The notes under the pieces: model-generated
Seen by the model: the letters and a program-made list of their open reading frames with translations, nothing else
Told to the model about the DNA's origin: nothing
Databases searched by the model: none
NCBI GenBank assembly: GCA_016203455.1
Contig: JACQMR010000015.1
Location: 137 to 64,136 of the forward strand
Direction: 5' to 3'
Length of the DNA: 64,000 nucleotides
DNA from: Candidatus Wildermuthbacteria bacterium
Lineage (GTDB): Bacteria > Patescibacteriota > Minisyncoccia > Minisyncoccales > UBA10102
Made by a program: the position numbers and the translations under genes
In this document: positions 8,801 through 16,672 of the stretch, in pieces
Layout of the letters: each line of letters begins with the position of its first letter
Numbering within the stretch: the stretch's first letter is position 1

Positions 8801-10162
8801 ATGCCAAACCAGAACTATGAAGACGAGGAACTAGCTCTTCCGGAAGACGCGGAGGAAGAGGAATACGACGACCCCGAAGAGGGGGCCCAGAGAAATTCAA
8901 TACAAGAATATCTCAATGCCTTGCCAAAAAATCTGCTAACCCGCGAGAACGAAGCAGATATTGGAAGGGCCATGGAAACGGGAGCATACCTGAAAAAGCT
9001 AGAGCAGAGTATGCACGAAATCCATGGGCATCCCCCAGAGGCATGGGAAATCGTTTCCCATATTCTCCAACTTCTCTCAAAGGAACTGCCTCTTGTTAGT
9101 GCCTTGAGACAATCTTTGGGCCTGCATCCCGGCTCCACCCTTATGCATGCCATGGAAATTCGCGATGCCATTGACGGGGTCATAACCACGGAAACGGACA
9201 TCGTGAAAAGAGTAGCTCAAGTTCTCAACGAGAAAGCAGAAAAAACCGCGGAACGAATCATCGCTCTGTCGTGCGGGCTACGGCTACTGCCTCCCGAAGC
9301 AACAGACATCATGGGAAGCACGCCGCTACTGGAATTAGATCCAGATGACATACTTCTCAACTCCCGCAACGCGCTGTTCCGCCCCTACTACCGCAAAATC
9401 CATGCTGACGCAAAAGCGGCCGCGATTCGGCTGACGGAATACAACCTGCGGCTGGTTGTAAGCATCGCCAAACGATACCGCGGCAAAGGTGTTGAACTCC
9501 TGGACATGATTCAGGAAGGCAACATGGGTCTCATGCAGGCGGTAAAAAAGTTCAGCTATCGCCGAGGAAACAAGTTCAGCACCTACGGCAACTGGTGGAT
9601 CCGTCAATTCGTCGGCCGCGCGTGCGCAGAACAAGAGTACTTAATCTGCGTTCCGGCAAAAGTTCAAACTGATATAAAAGAAGTCCTCCGGGCGCGCAGA
9701 GATTTTCTTCAAAACAGCGGACGCGAACCGAGTCCGGAAGAACTGGCAGAGATACTCGGGGAAACCGCTGACCATGTGAGCAAAACCCTGCGGGCCCAAT
9801 ATATTCAGCACACACAATCACTTTCCCTGCTGGTTGGTCCCGAAAATGACACCCCCATTGAGGATTTCCTGGCAGACCCAAACGCAATAGACCCTGGAGA
9901 TATCATCGCAAACACGCCATTGAATTATCGTGCCCTCCAGCAAATCTTACTGGAAGCGGGGCTTACACCCCGCGTGTTTGAGGCCATATGCGCGCGCTTC
10001 GGCATAAACGAAAGCGGCGCCGCCAAAACACTGGAAAAAACAGGATCACAACTCGGTGTAAGCCGAGAGCGGGCCCGCCAGCTGGAGGCCAAGGCCATGA
10101 AAGCTCTGCGGCAGCCGGCAATACAAGAGAAACTTCAGAAATTTTTTGGACTCATGCCATAA
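8801..10162 (+). CDS. rpoD: RNA polymerase sigma-70 family factor (RpoD-like) with acidic N-terminus
   Basis: region 2 YNLRLVVSIAKRYRGKGVELLDMIQEGNMGLMQAVKKF, WWIRQ, region 4 GVSRERARQLEAKAM; RBS AGGAGG upstream. Confidence 0.85.
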   Translation: MPNQNYEDEELALPEDAEEEEYDDPEEGAQRNSIQEYLNALPKNLLTRENEADIGRAMETGAYLKKLEQSMHEIHGHPPEAWEIVSHILQLLSKELPLVSALRQSLGLHPGSTLMHAMEIRDAIDGVITTETDIVKRVAQVLNEKAEKTAERIIALSCGLRLLPPEATDIMGSTPLLELDPDDILLNSRNALFRPYYRKIHADAKAAAIRLTEYNLRLVVSIAKRYRGKGVELLDMIQEGNMGLMQAVKKFSYRRGNKFSTYGNWWIRQFVGRACAEQEYLICVPAKVQTDIKEVLRARRDFLQNSGREPSPEELAEILGETADHVSKTLRAQYIQHTQSLSLLVGPENDTPIEDFLADPNAIDPGDIIANTPLNYRALQQILLEAGLTPRVFEAICARFGINESGAAKTLEKTGSQLGVSRERARQLEAKAMKALRQPAIQEKLQKFFGLMP

Positions 10163-10189
10163 AGGAAAGCCGTAGCTTTCCTTTTTTTC
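10163..10189 (+). terminator. intrinsic terminator after rpoD
   Basis: GGAAAGC-CGTA-GCTTTCC followed by T7. Confidence 0.6.
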
Positions 10190-10223
10190 TTTCTGCAGAA
10201 GCAATCGGCACAGCACCTCCGTC

Positions 10224-10250
10224 ACTGTTGCTACAGCACCTTCGGCTTGA
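10224..10250 (+). repeat. 27/28-nt conserved intergenic motif, copy 1 (CACTGTTGCTACAGCACCTTCGGCTTGA)
   Basis: near-identical motif at 12123 and weaker at 33944; 3' end supplies a -35-like TTGA. Confidence 0.5.
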
Positions 10251-10280
10251 TTTATTCTTAAAACACAGTACATTTGGAGC

Positions 10281-11534
10281 ATGAATGCCATATCTCAAAA
10301 CAATTTCTTTGATGTAATCGTTGTTGGCGGAGGGGCTTCCGGAATGATGGCCGCGGGCAGGGCGGGGGAGCGGGGCAAACGGGTGCTTTTGCTTGAAAAA
10401 AACAGGGAACTCGGCAAAAAACTAAAAATCACGGGCGGGGGGAGGTGCAACATTACCAGCGCAGAATTCAACGCCAAAGAACTGCTCGCTCGGTACGGCA
10501 AAGCGGAACCATTTCTGCATTCTCCATTTTCCCAATTCGGCGTAAAAAACACATTCTCTTTTTTTGAATCCAAGGGATTGCCCCTTGTCGTACAAGAAAA
10601 CAAGCGCGCGTTCCCCAAAACGGAAAAGGCGCTTGATGTCTTTCGCGCGTTGGAACGCTATCTTTCAAAAAATCATATCGCCATACAAACCGGCGCGAGA
10701 GTTTCTCAAATCCTCACCAAGGACAAAACCGTCTCCGGCGTTCTCGCCAATGGCAAAGAGTACGGGTGTTCCTCTGTTATTTTGGCATCCGGCGGCATGT
10801 CTCATCCGGAAACCGGGTCCACCGGAGACGGTTTTGCAATGCTGAAAAACCTGGGTCATTCCGTGCAAACTCCAACGCCAAGCATTGTTCCTTTAACAGT
10901 TCAAGATCCGTGGGTGAAACGATTGGCGGGAATATCCTTGCCCTTGGCCCGCATATCATTTTTCCTCAATGGAAAGAAAATCTTTTCAAAAACAGGAGAA
11001 ATCCTGTTTACCCATTTTGGACTATCCGGCCCGTGCGTGTTAAACAGCGCGCAAAAAGTGGGGGATATGCTCCATGAAGGAGAAGTAACCGCGGCCATTG
11101 ACCCGTATCCAAATGTAAGCTGGCAAACGCTGGAAAAACAGATTCTCAACGCGTTCCAGACAAACCCAAACAAAACAGTTGTAAACGCTCTCAAAAAGAT
11201 TCTTCCCCAAGGAACCGCGCGCGTATTTTCTTTTTTGGTTCAGGGCGTGACAGGAAAAGAAAAGAGCAACAGCGTTACCCGAGAGCAAAGAGACCGTATC
11301 GCCCATGCCCTGAAAAACCTGACCGCAACCGTTACCGGCCTTATGGGGCTAGACAAAGCCGTGGTTGTAGACGGCGGAGTGGATCTCAAAGAAATAGACA
11401 CGAAAACCATGCAATCAAAACTATGCGCCAACCTCTTTGTAACCGGAGACCTCTTGCACATCAACAGACCTTCGGGCGGATACTCCCTGCAACTCTGCTG
11501 GACAACGGGGTATGTTGCGGGAAATAACGCGTAG
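10281..11534 (+). CDS. HI0933/BaiN-like NAD(P)/FAD-dependent oxidoreductase
   Basis: DVIVVGGGASGMMAAG dinucleotide fold, GGGRCNIT, C-terminal GGYSLQ...TG motif typical of the family. Confidence 0.85.
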   Translation: MNAISQNNFFDVIVVGGGASGMMAAGRAGERGKRVLLLEKNRELGKKLKITGGGRCNITSAEFNAKELLARYGKAEPFLHSPFSQFGVKNTFSFFESKGLPLVVQENKRAFPKTEKALDVFRALERYLSKNHIAIQTGARVSQILTKDKTVSGVLANGKEYGCSSVILASGGMSHPETGSTGDGFAMLKNLGHSVQTPTPSIVPLTVQDPWVKRLAGISLPLARISFFLNGKKIFSKTGEILFTHFGLSGPCVLNSAQKVGDMLHEGEVTAAIDPYPNVSWQTLEKQILNAFQTNPNKTVVNALKKILPQGTARVFSFLVQGVTGKEKSNSVTREQRDRIAHALKNLTATVTGLMGLDKAVVVDGGVDLKEIDTKTMQSKLCANLFVTGDLLHINRPSGGYSLQLCWTTGYVAGNNA

Positions 11535-11622
11535 GAGTATACTAGAAAACAGGAAAATAGGAATTAGCTGGTAGCTTATAGAAAATTTTCCATGCAATGC
11601 AATAGATAACTAATAAAAACTT

Positions 11623-12078
11623 ATGAAACAATTATTCATCGGGATTGTTCTTCTGGCAATCCTGGGAGTAGCGGGATATTTCCTGTCTCCAAACAAAAAA
11701 AGCGGGGCAACGCAAGAACAACCTAATCAAAATCAAGAACCCATGGCAGACCAATTTCAAATTGAGGACATAACAATAGGGGAAGGCAAAGAGGCAGTCG
11801 CGGGATCTCTCATTACCGCGCACTACACCGGAACCTTCAAAGACGGAACAAAGTTTGACAGCTCTCTTGACCGCGGAACTCCGTTTGAGTTCATGCTCGG
11901 CAGAGGCCAGGTTATCAAGGGCTGGGATGAAGGATTCGCGGGCATGAAAGAAGGCGGCAAAAGAAAACTCACCATACCCTATGACCTGGCGTATGGAGCG
12001 CAGGGAAGGCCCGGCATTCCGCCTTTTTCCACGCTCATTTTTGAAGTAGAACTGATCTCGGTACAGGCCGCGGAATAA
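11623..12078 (+). CDS. FKBP-type peptidyl-prolyl cis-trans isomerase with N-terminal membrane anchor
   Basis: [38 protein letters not shown]...LIFEVEL. Confidence 0.9.
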   Translation: MKQLFIGIVLLAILGVAGYFLSPNKKSGATQEQPNQNQEPMADQFQIEDITIGEGKEAVAGSLITAHYTGTFKDGTKFDSSLDRGTPFEFMLGRGQVIKGWDEGFAGMKEGGKRKLTIPYDLAYGAQGRPGIPPFSTLIFEVELISVQAAE

Positions 12079-12122
12079 ATTAGTCCGCGCCTTTGGACTC
12101 CTAAAAATCCATGGGCGCTCGG

Positions 12123-12150
12123 CACTGTTGATACAGCGCCTTCGGCTTGA
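12123..12150 (+). repeat. 27/28-nt conserved intergenic motif, copy 2
   Basis: CACTGTTGATACAGCGCCTTCGGCTTGA; overlaps -35 of the promoter below. Confidence 0.5.
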
Positions 12151-12175
12151 CAGGCAAGAACCCCCGGTCTATAAT
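12147..12175 (+). promoter_or_regulatory. consensus sigma-70 promoter TTGACA-17-TATAAT
   Basis: TTGACA 12147-12152, 17-nt spacer, TATAAT 12170-12175. Confidence 0.55.
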
Positions 12176-12330
12176 ACAGGTGGAAGGGAAGAGCAAGGGT
12201 TCGTCTCCTTGCACATTAACCCCTTCTAAAACAAGCGAACTTCAAAGTTCCAAACGCGCCTTAAAGCCGCGAATGGAGCGCACGAAGCTCGCCAACCAAT
12301 GTTCGCACCCGATCCAATCAAGAAATAGTC
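12176..12330 (+). promoter_or_regulatory. ~155-nt structured leader or small RNA of unknown class
   Basis: lies between the consensus promoter and a strong terminator hairpin; nested stems (GAAGGG/CCCTTC around GCAAGG/CCTTGC; GCGAAC/GTTCGC enclosing three short hairpins); no credible RBS-preceded ORF. Confidence 0.3.
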
Positions 12331-12369
12331 GAAAAGAGAAAGACGCCCCAAAGGCGTCTTTCTCTTTTC
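12331..12369 (+). terminator. terminator/attenuator hairpin upstream of the tRNA-binding protein gene
   Basis: GAAAAGAGAAAGACGCC-CCAAA-GGCGTCTTTCTCTTTTC, 17-bp stem with U-rich 3' arm. Confidence 0.6.
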
Positions 12370-12405
12370 TATTGCGCAAATGAAAATACAAGATATACTT
12401 AAACC

Positions 12406-12726
12406 ATGGCAACCGTTGAAGATCTGCAACATATAGGATTGAAAACCGCGAAAATCCTGGAGGCAGACCGGGTGGAAGGATCGGAAAAACTTCTCAAGCT
12501 CCAAGTTTCTCTGGGAGAGGAACGCAGACAAATTGTGGCAGGCATAGGAAAAACACACAGCCCCGAATCGCTCATCGGGAAAACCATTGTCATTGCCTCC
12601 GCTTTAGAACCAAGAATGCTCATGGGCATAGAGTCGCAGGGAATGTTGCTGGCGGCAAGCAAAGACGGGGAACCGGTACTCCTGACAACAGAACACGAAG
12701 TGGAACCGGGAACAGCAATACGATAA
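12406..12726 (+). CDS. tRNA-binding domain protein (CsaA/EMAP-like OB fold)
   Basis: GLKTAKILEADRVEGSEKLLKLQVSLGEERRQIVAGI...IESQGMLLAA. Confidence 0.8.
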   Translation: MATVEDLQHIGLKTAKILEADRVEGSEKLLKLQVSLGEERRQIVAGIGKTHSPESLIGKTIVIASALEPRMLMGIESQGMLLAASKDGEPVLLTTEHEVEPGTAIR

Positions 12727-12743
12727 CTCACTAACAAACAACC

Positions 12744-13514
12744 ATGACGGAACAACTCAAAAAATACCTCTCTATAGCCGGGATCGCGGCCCTGGGAACA
12801 TTCTCTCTTGCCGCTCTTCAGTTTGGATCTTCATATTCAAGAAGCGTAGACCAGAATTTATCTCGGAGTTTCTCCGCGACCGCGCAAGGAGAAGTAACCG
12901 CCATACCGGATGTGGCGACATTTAGCTTTGGCGTACTCACGCAGGGCAATCTGGATCTCGGCGTTTTGCAGGAAGAAAACGCCAAAAAAACAACCGCGGC
13001 CATTGAATATATAAAGTCAAAAAGCGTAGAAAGCAAAGATATTTCCACGCAATCATATTCCGTGGAACCCCGCTACCAGTATTACAACTGCGGGAATGAT
13101 ACCTCCGTATGCCCGCCTCCAGATATTGTGGGATACACGGTTTCTCAACATATCCTAGTAAAAGCGCGGGACTTTGCGGTAGCCGGAGATCTCCTCGCCG
13201 GAGTGGTGAAAAACGGTGCCAACTCGGTTTCCCAGCTTTCTTTCTCTCTGGACGACCCGGAAGAGGCGCAAAACGAAGCTCGAGCAAAAGCAATTGCCAA
13301 AGCAAAAACAAAAGCCCAGATGCTGGCAAAAGCAGGGGGCTTTAGCGTTGGACGGCTTCTTTCAATCCAAGAAAATCAAGACATGCCCTACCCGTATCCC
13401 GCGATCTATGAAGCATACGGCAAGGGAGGAGCCGATTCAGCGCCGGTTCCTTCCATAGAGCCGGGATCCCAAAAAATACGATCTACCATAACGCTTGTAT
13501 ACGAAATCCGCTAA
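12744..13514 (+). CDS. SIMPL (DUF541) domain protein, secreted/membrane-anchored
   Basis: N-terminal signal anchor; family-typical layout ...GYTVSQHILVKARD...ARAKAIAKAKTKAQMLAKAGG...IEPG. Confidence 0.75.
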   Translation: MTEQLKKYLSIAGIAALGTFSLAALQFGSSYSRSVDQNLSRSFSATAQGEVTAIPDVATFSFGVLTQGNLDLGVLQEENAKKTTAAIEYIKSKSVESKDISTQSYSVEPRYQYYNCGNDTSVCPPPDIVGYTVSQHILVKARDFAVAGDLLAGVVKNGANSVSQLSFSLDDPEEAQNEARAKAIAKAKTKAQMLAKAGGFSVGRLLSIQENQDMPYPYPAIYEAYGKGGADSAPVPSIEPGSQKIRSTITLVYEIR

Positions 13515-13537
13515 CACAGTAAAATTCATAGACGAAA

Positions 13538-13708
13538 AATGAACACTTGGGGTATGCGAGGAACCGCTGCTTTCTAGCGAGCTCTCGCAGGCGGTTTTGC
13601 ATGGTCCCGAACAGCAGTGAGGGAAAACCGCCGAGAGTGCAACCCGTCCGCCCCGCTGGGGGCGGAATGTGGTGGTCGCAGGAAAACAGCGGGCAGAGCA
13701 TACCCTGA
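13538..13708. ncRNA. candidate structured RNA, class and strand unknown
   Basis: GC-rich gap between convergent genes. Closing stem GGGTATGC/GCATACCC plus CCGCTG/CAGCGG. Internal helix CTCTC..GGCGGTTTT/AAAACCGCCGAGAG. 8-bp hairpin TCCGCCCC-GCTG-GGGGCGGA. Confidence 0.3.
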
Positions 13709-13736
13709 AACTTACAGAAAATTCAAACAAGCGAAT

Positions 13737-14297
13737 TCACACCCGTTTTACATATTCGCCGGTTTCCGTGTTCACCTCAATTGTATCTCCTTCCTCCACA
13801 AACAAAGGAACCTGTATGTTTGCCCCGCTTTCTAAAACCGCGGATTTTGTGCCTCCTTGCGCCCTATCTCCTTTGATTCCAGGCGGGGATTCCACAACTT
13901 TGAGCTGAACTTTAATTGGCGGGGCAATATTGATAATTTTGCCCTCAAACCGGATGCCCTCCACCACTTCATTGGGCTTTAAGAACGAAACGGTTTCCCC
14001 AACAAGCTCTTGGGGCAGTTCAAATCTCACGGCGGGGTTGTCATGCTCCACAAATACAAACTTACCCCTGTGATTGTACAAAAACTTTGCCTTAAACTTT
14101 GAAAGTTCAGCTTCATCAAACTTGTCTGACTGGTGAAAGTTTCTGGGGATAACCTTTCCGGTAATCAGATTGCGAACCTTGGTTTGAACCACAGACACAT
14201 CCTGCGCTTTTCTCATCTGTTTCCACTCCAACACTTCATACGGCTGGCCCTCCAGCATGAACAGTACGCCTTTTCTTAGATCAAAATAGGTAAGCAT
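13737..14297 (-). CDS. efp: elongation factor P
   Basis: MLTYFDLRKGVLFMLEGQPYEVLEW... full-length EF-P pattern; start moved to M21 of the ORF. Confidence 0.9.
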   Translation of the reverse strand: MLTYFDLRKGVLFMLEGQPYEVLEWKQMRKAQDVSVVQTKVRNLITGKVIPRNFHQSDKFDEAELSKFKAKFLYNHRGKFVFVEHDNPAVRFELPQELVGETVSFLKPNEVVEGIRFEGKIINIAPPIKVQLKVVESPPGIKGDRAQGGTKSAVLESGANIQVPLFVEEGDTIEVNTETGEYVKRV

Positions 14298-14360
14298 AAT
14301 GGTAGTTTTTAGTTTGTAGTGTTTAGTTTTTAGAAAAGACTGCCTTCGGTATCGCAACCT

Positions 14361-15317
14361 TTACTCCAAAACTTTTCCCATGATGTCTTTGTGGCCTAAA
14401 AGGAACTCGCGCGCTGACATTGGTTTTCCTCCTTCTGCCTGAAGTTCTTCAATGACAAGCGCGTCTTTCCCGCATGCGACCGCGAATGAATTCTGAAAGG
14501 GGAGTATGGCGCCGGGATGCCCGCCTTCAAGAACTTCAACGTGGGCATTCAGTATCTTTATTATCTTGCCCTCCAAAAGTGTATAGATGCCGGGCCAAGG
14601 AAAGAACGCCCGCATCCGCCTCTCTATATACAAGGCATCTTTAGTCCAGTCAATGCGGCCGTCTTCTTTCTCAATTTTCTTTGTAAATGTTGCTAAGCCA
14701 TGCTTTTGCGGTATTGCCCGCAAGGTTCCTGATATCCAGCCGGGCAGTATCTCAACCAGCAAATCTCCCCCGATATCCGCCAAACGGTCGTGCAGTTCCG
14801 GATACAAGGGTCTTCCTTTTCCAAGTTTGAACTGATCAGATTCCATGAGGCATTCTCTTTGAATGATAACGGGGCCGTGATCTATTTCTTCGTCCATCTC
14901 CATGATACTCACGCCGGTCTTCTCCTCTCCTAAAAAAATGGCGTATTGAATCGGGGAAGGCCCGCGAAATTTGGGAAGCAAAGACGGATGCGCATTTAAA
15001 GCTCCGCGCGGAGCAACTTGAAGCAGAGCCCCGGGTATGATTTTCCCATACGCCGCCAGTAAAAGAATGTCCGGGCGCACTTCTTGAATTCTCGCCACAG
15101 CTTCTATGCCCAACTTCTCTGGCTGGTATACAGCAATATCATGTTCCAGAGCAACTGACTTAACGGGCGGGGGAGTGAGCGTTTGCTTTCTACCCACAAG
15201 AGCATCCGGGGCGGTAACAACAAGCGCGGGAGAATACCCTCCCGCGATTAGTTTTCGCAGTATGCGAGCGCCAAACTCCGATGTTCCAAAAAATACAACC
15301 CTTACCATGTCTACCAT
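14361..15317 (-). CDS. fmt: methionyl-tRNA formyltransferase
   Basis: VVFFGTSEFG, NAHPSLLPKFRGPSPIQ, C-terminal formyltransferase domain. Confidence 0.9.
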   Translation of the reverse strand: MVDMVRVVFFGTSEFGARILRKLIAGGYSPALVVTAPDALVGRKQTLTPPPVKSVALEHDIAVYQPEKLGIEAVARIQEVRPDILLLAAYGKIIPGALLQVAPRGALNAHPSLLPKFRGPSPIQYAIFLGEEKTGVSIMEMDEEIDHGPVIIQRECLMESDQFKLGKGRPLYPELHDRLADIGGDLLVEILPGWISGTLRAIPQKHGLATFTKKIEKEDGRIDWTKDALYIERRMRAFFPWPGIYTLLEGKIIKILNAHVEVLEGGHPGAILPFQNSFAVACGKDALVIEELQAEGGKPMSAREFLLGHKDIMGKVLE

Positions 15318-15359
15318 AAATTTATTCAGCTTTATTTGTATTTTTGGTTACCGTGCTTT

Positions 15360-15528
15360 CTTCCCATTCCCTCTCTCCAGAACCGCTTGTCCCCGCCTCC
15401 AGCTGGCGGGGCAGGCCCCGACGAGTATATCGGGGCAAGCTTGGCTCTCGCCCTGCCGACCCCTCGTCTCTACTCGGGGACCAAGCTCGGCAGGACTGCG
15501 AGGCATTCTTCCGATAGGAAATGGGAAG
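15360..15528. ncRNA. candidate structured RNA / leader upstream of fmt, class unknown
   Basis: Outer stem CTTCCCATT/AATGGGAAG encloses three GC-rich hairpins: 15391-15411 CCCCGCC/GGCGGGG, 15415-15436 GCCCCGA/TCGGGGC, and 15452-15494 CCTGCCGA/TCGGCAGG. Confidence 0.3.
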
Positions 15529-15572
15529 AAAACAAGATTCAAACCAATGCTTATTAAATTCACCTATTTGCC

Positions 15573-16070
15573 TTATTTTCGCTCCTCCAGCCATTCAATG
15601 GCATCTTCATTGTCGGCAAACTCAAACCATTCTCCGTCTTTAATCACGAACCATTTCTTTTTTGACTCGTCCCATACCATGGGATTTCCGCGATAAAATG
15701 CTTTCCTTTTCTTTATTTTTGGCCGCAACGAATCCAGCTCCAGCCACCGTTTGCACACGGTTTCTATGGTGTAATCCAGCCCGCGAGATTGAGCCCACGC
15801 GGCAACCTTGTTTATCGCGTCTTTTGCCGCATCAAGAGAACCGGCCAAAATCAAAAGGTCTCTCGCGGGCCTTGTATATCTTGAATACAAAATTTTCTTT
15901 TTCTTCGCGTCTTCTTTTATCTGCTCCAAGGTAAGCCCCTTGGTAAAAAAATAGTGGTTCACCGCCTGCTGGATAGGGGACTCTTTCTCCTCTTCCTTAA
16001 GCACTACAAGGTTTGCGCGCACCGCCGCCTTATTCGCTGATTTTGGCTTCTTTGTCATAATCGCTTTCAT
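15573..16070 (-). CDS. hypothetical protein (165 aa)
   Basis: clean ORF; lysine-rich; no motif recognised. Confidence 0.5.
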   Translation of the reverse strand: MKAIMTKKPKSANKAAVRANLVVLKEEEKESPIQQAVNHYFFTKGLTLEQIKEDAKKKKILYSRYTRPARDLLILAGSLDAAKDAINKVAAWAQSRGLDYTIETVCKRWLELDSLRPKIKKRKAFYRGNPMVWDESKKKWFVIKDGEWFEFADNEDAIEWLEERK

Positions 16071-16101
16071 TCTAGGGCTTTTGTGCTAAAATTCAACTGC
16101 G

Positions 16102-16665
16102 ATGAAACGAATTTTCTTTGGCATACTCCTGGAGGAAAAGACAAAAAAAGAACTCCTGGAATACAGCGCCCAGTGGCCTGATATGCCTTGCCGCCGTACA
16201 GACAAAGAAAACCTGCACGCAACCCTGCTTTTTTACGGAAACGCTTCAGACAGAGAACTGCCGGAAATTACCCGCCTAGCCAAAGAAACGGCAGGGGAGC
16301 AAAAGTCATTTTTCATTGAGCTTTCTGAAATAGCATACGGCCCCGCCGAGAAAAACCCGCGCATGATATGGGTAACGGGCAAACCTTCGCAAAAACTGAT
16401 TTCTCTCCGCAATAAGCTCGCTCAATCTTTAAGCGCGTCTCAAAAACTCAAGTTTATGCCGGACCCCAGGCCCTTTTCTCTCCACATTACGCTCGCGCGC
16501 CTGAACGAACCGGAGTTTAAATCCCTGGAATTGGAAGAACGGCCCCGGATACAAGAATCAATTTCTCTTACGATTCCGGTAACATCCTTTGCTCTCATGG
16601 AAAACGAACCTGCAAAAACCGGAGCAACATATACAATTCTTGAACGATTTATCTTTGGTAATTGA
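16102..16665 (+). CDS. thpR: RNA 2',3'-cyclic phosphodiesterase (2H phosphoesterase, LigT/ThpR)
   Basis: two HxT motifs: HATLLF and HITLAR. Confidence 0.8.
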   Translation: MKRIFFGILLEEKTKKELLEYSAQWPDMPCRRTDKENLHATLLFYGNASDRELPEITRLAKETAGEQKSFFIELSEIAYGPAEKNPRMIWVTGKPSQKLISLRNKLAQSLSASQKLKFMPDPRPFSLHITLARLNEPEFKSLELEERPRIQESISLTIPVTSFALMENEPAKTGATYTILERFIFGN

Positions 16666-16672
16666 AATTCAG

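Noticed and set aside
12176-12330. T-box riboswitch upstream of the tRNA-binding protein gene
   Set aside because: I could not find the conserved T-box sequence, a specifier-loop/stem I architecture, or an anti-terminator alternative. I kept it only as an unclassified leader.
12147-12383. 78-aa ORF in the promoter-to-terminator interval
   Set aside because: It starts at a non-ATG codon inside the -35 box, has no RBS, reads through the terminator hairpin, and has a basic low-complexity translation.
13538-13708. SRP (4.5S) RNA, ykkC-type or cobalamin riboswitch
   Set aside because: It lacks the SRP helix-8 GGAA tetraloop with the flanking AGCA/GGAAGCAGC motif. It also lacks the B12 box (GCCACTG) and the full ykkC consensus. 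No downstream gene exists on either strand for a riboswitch.
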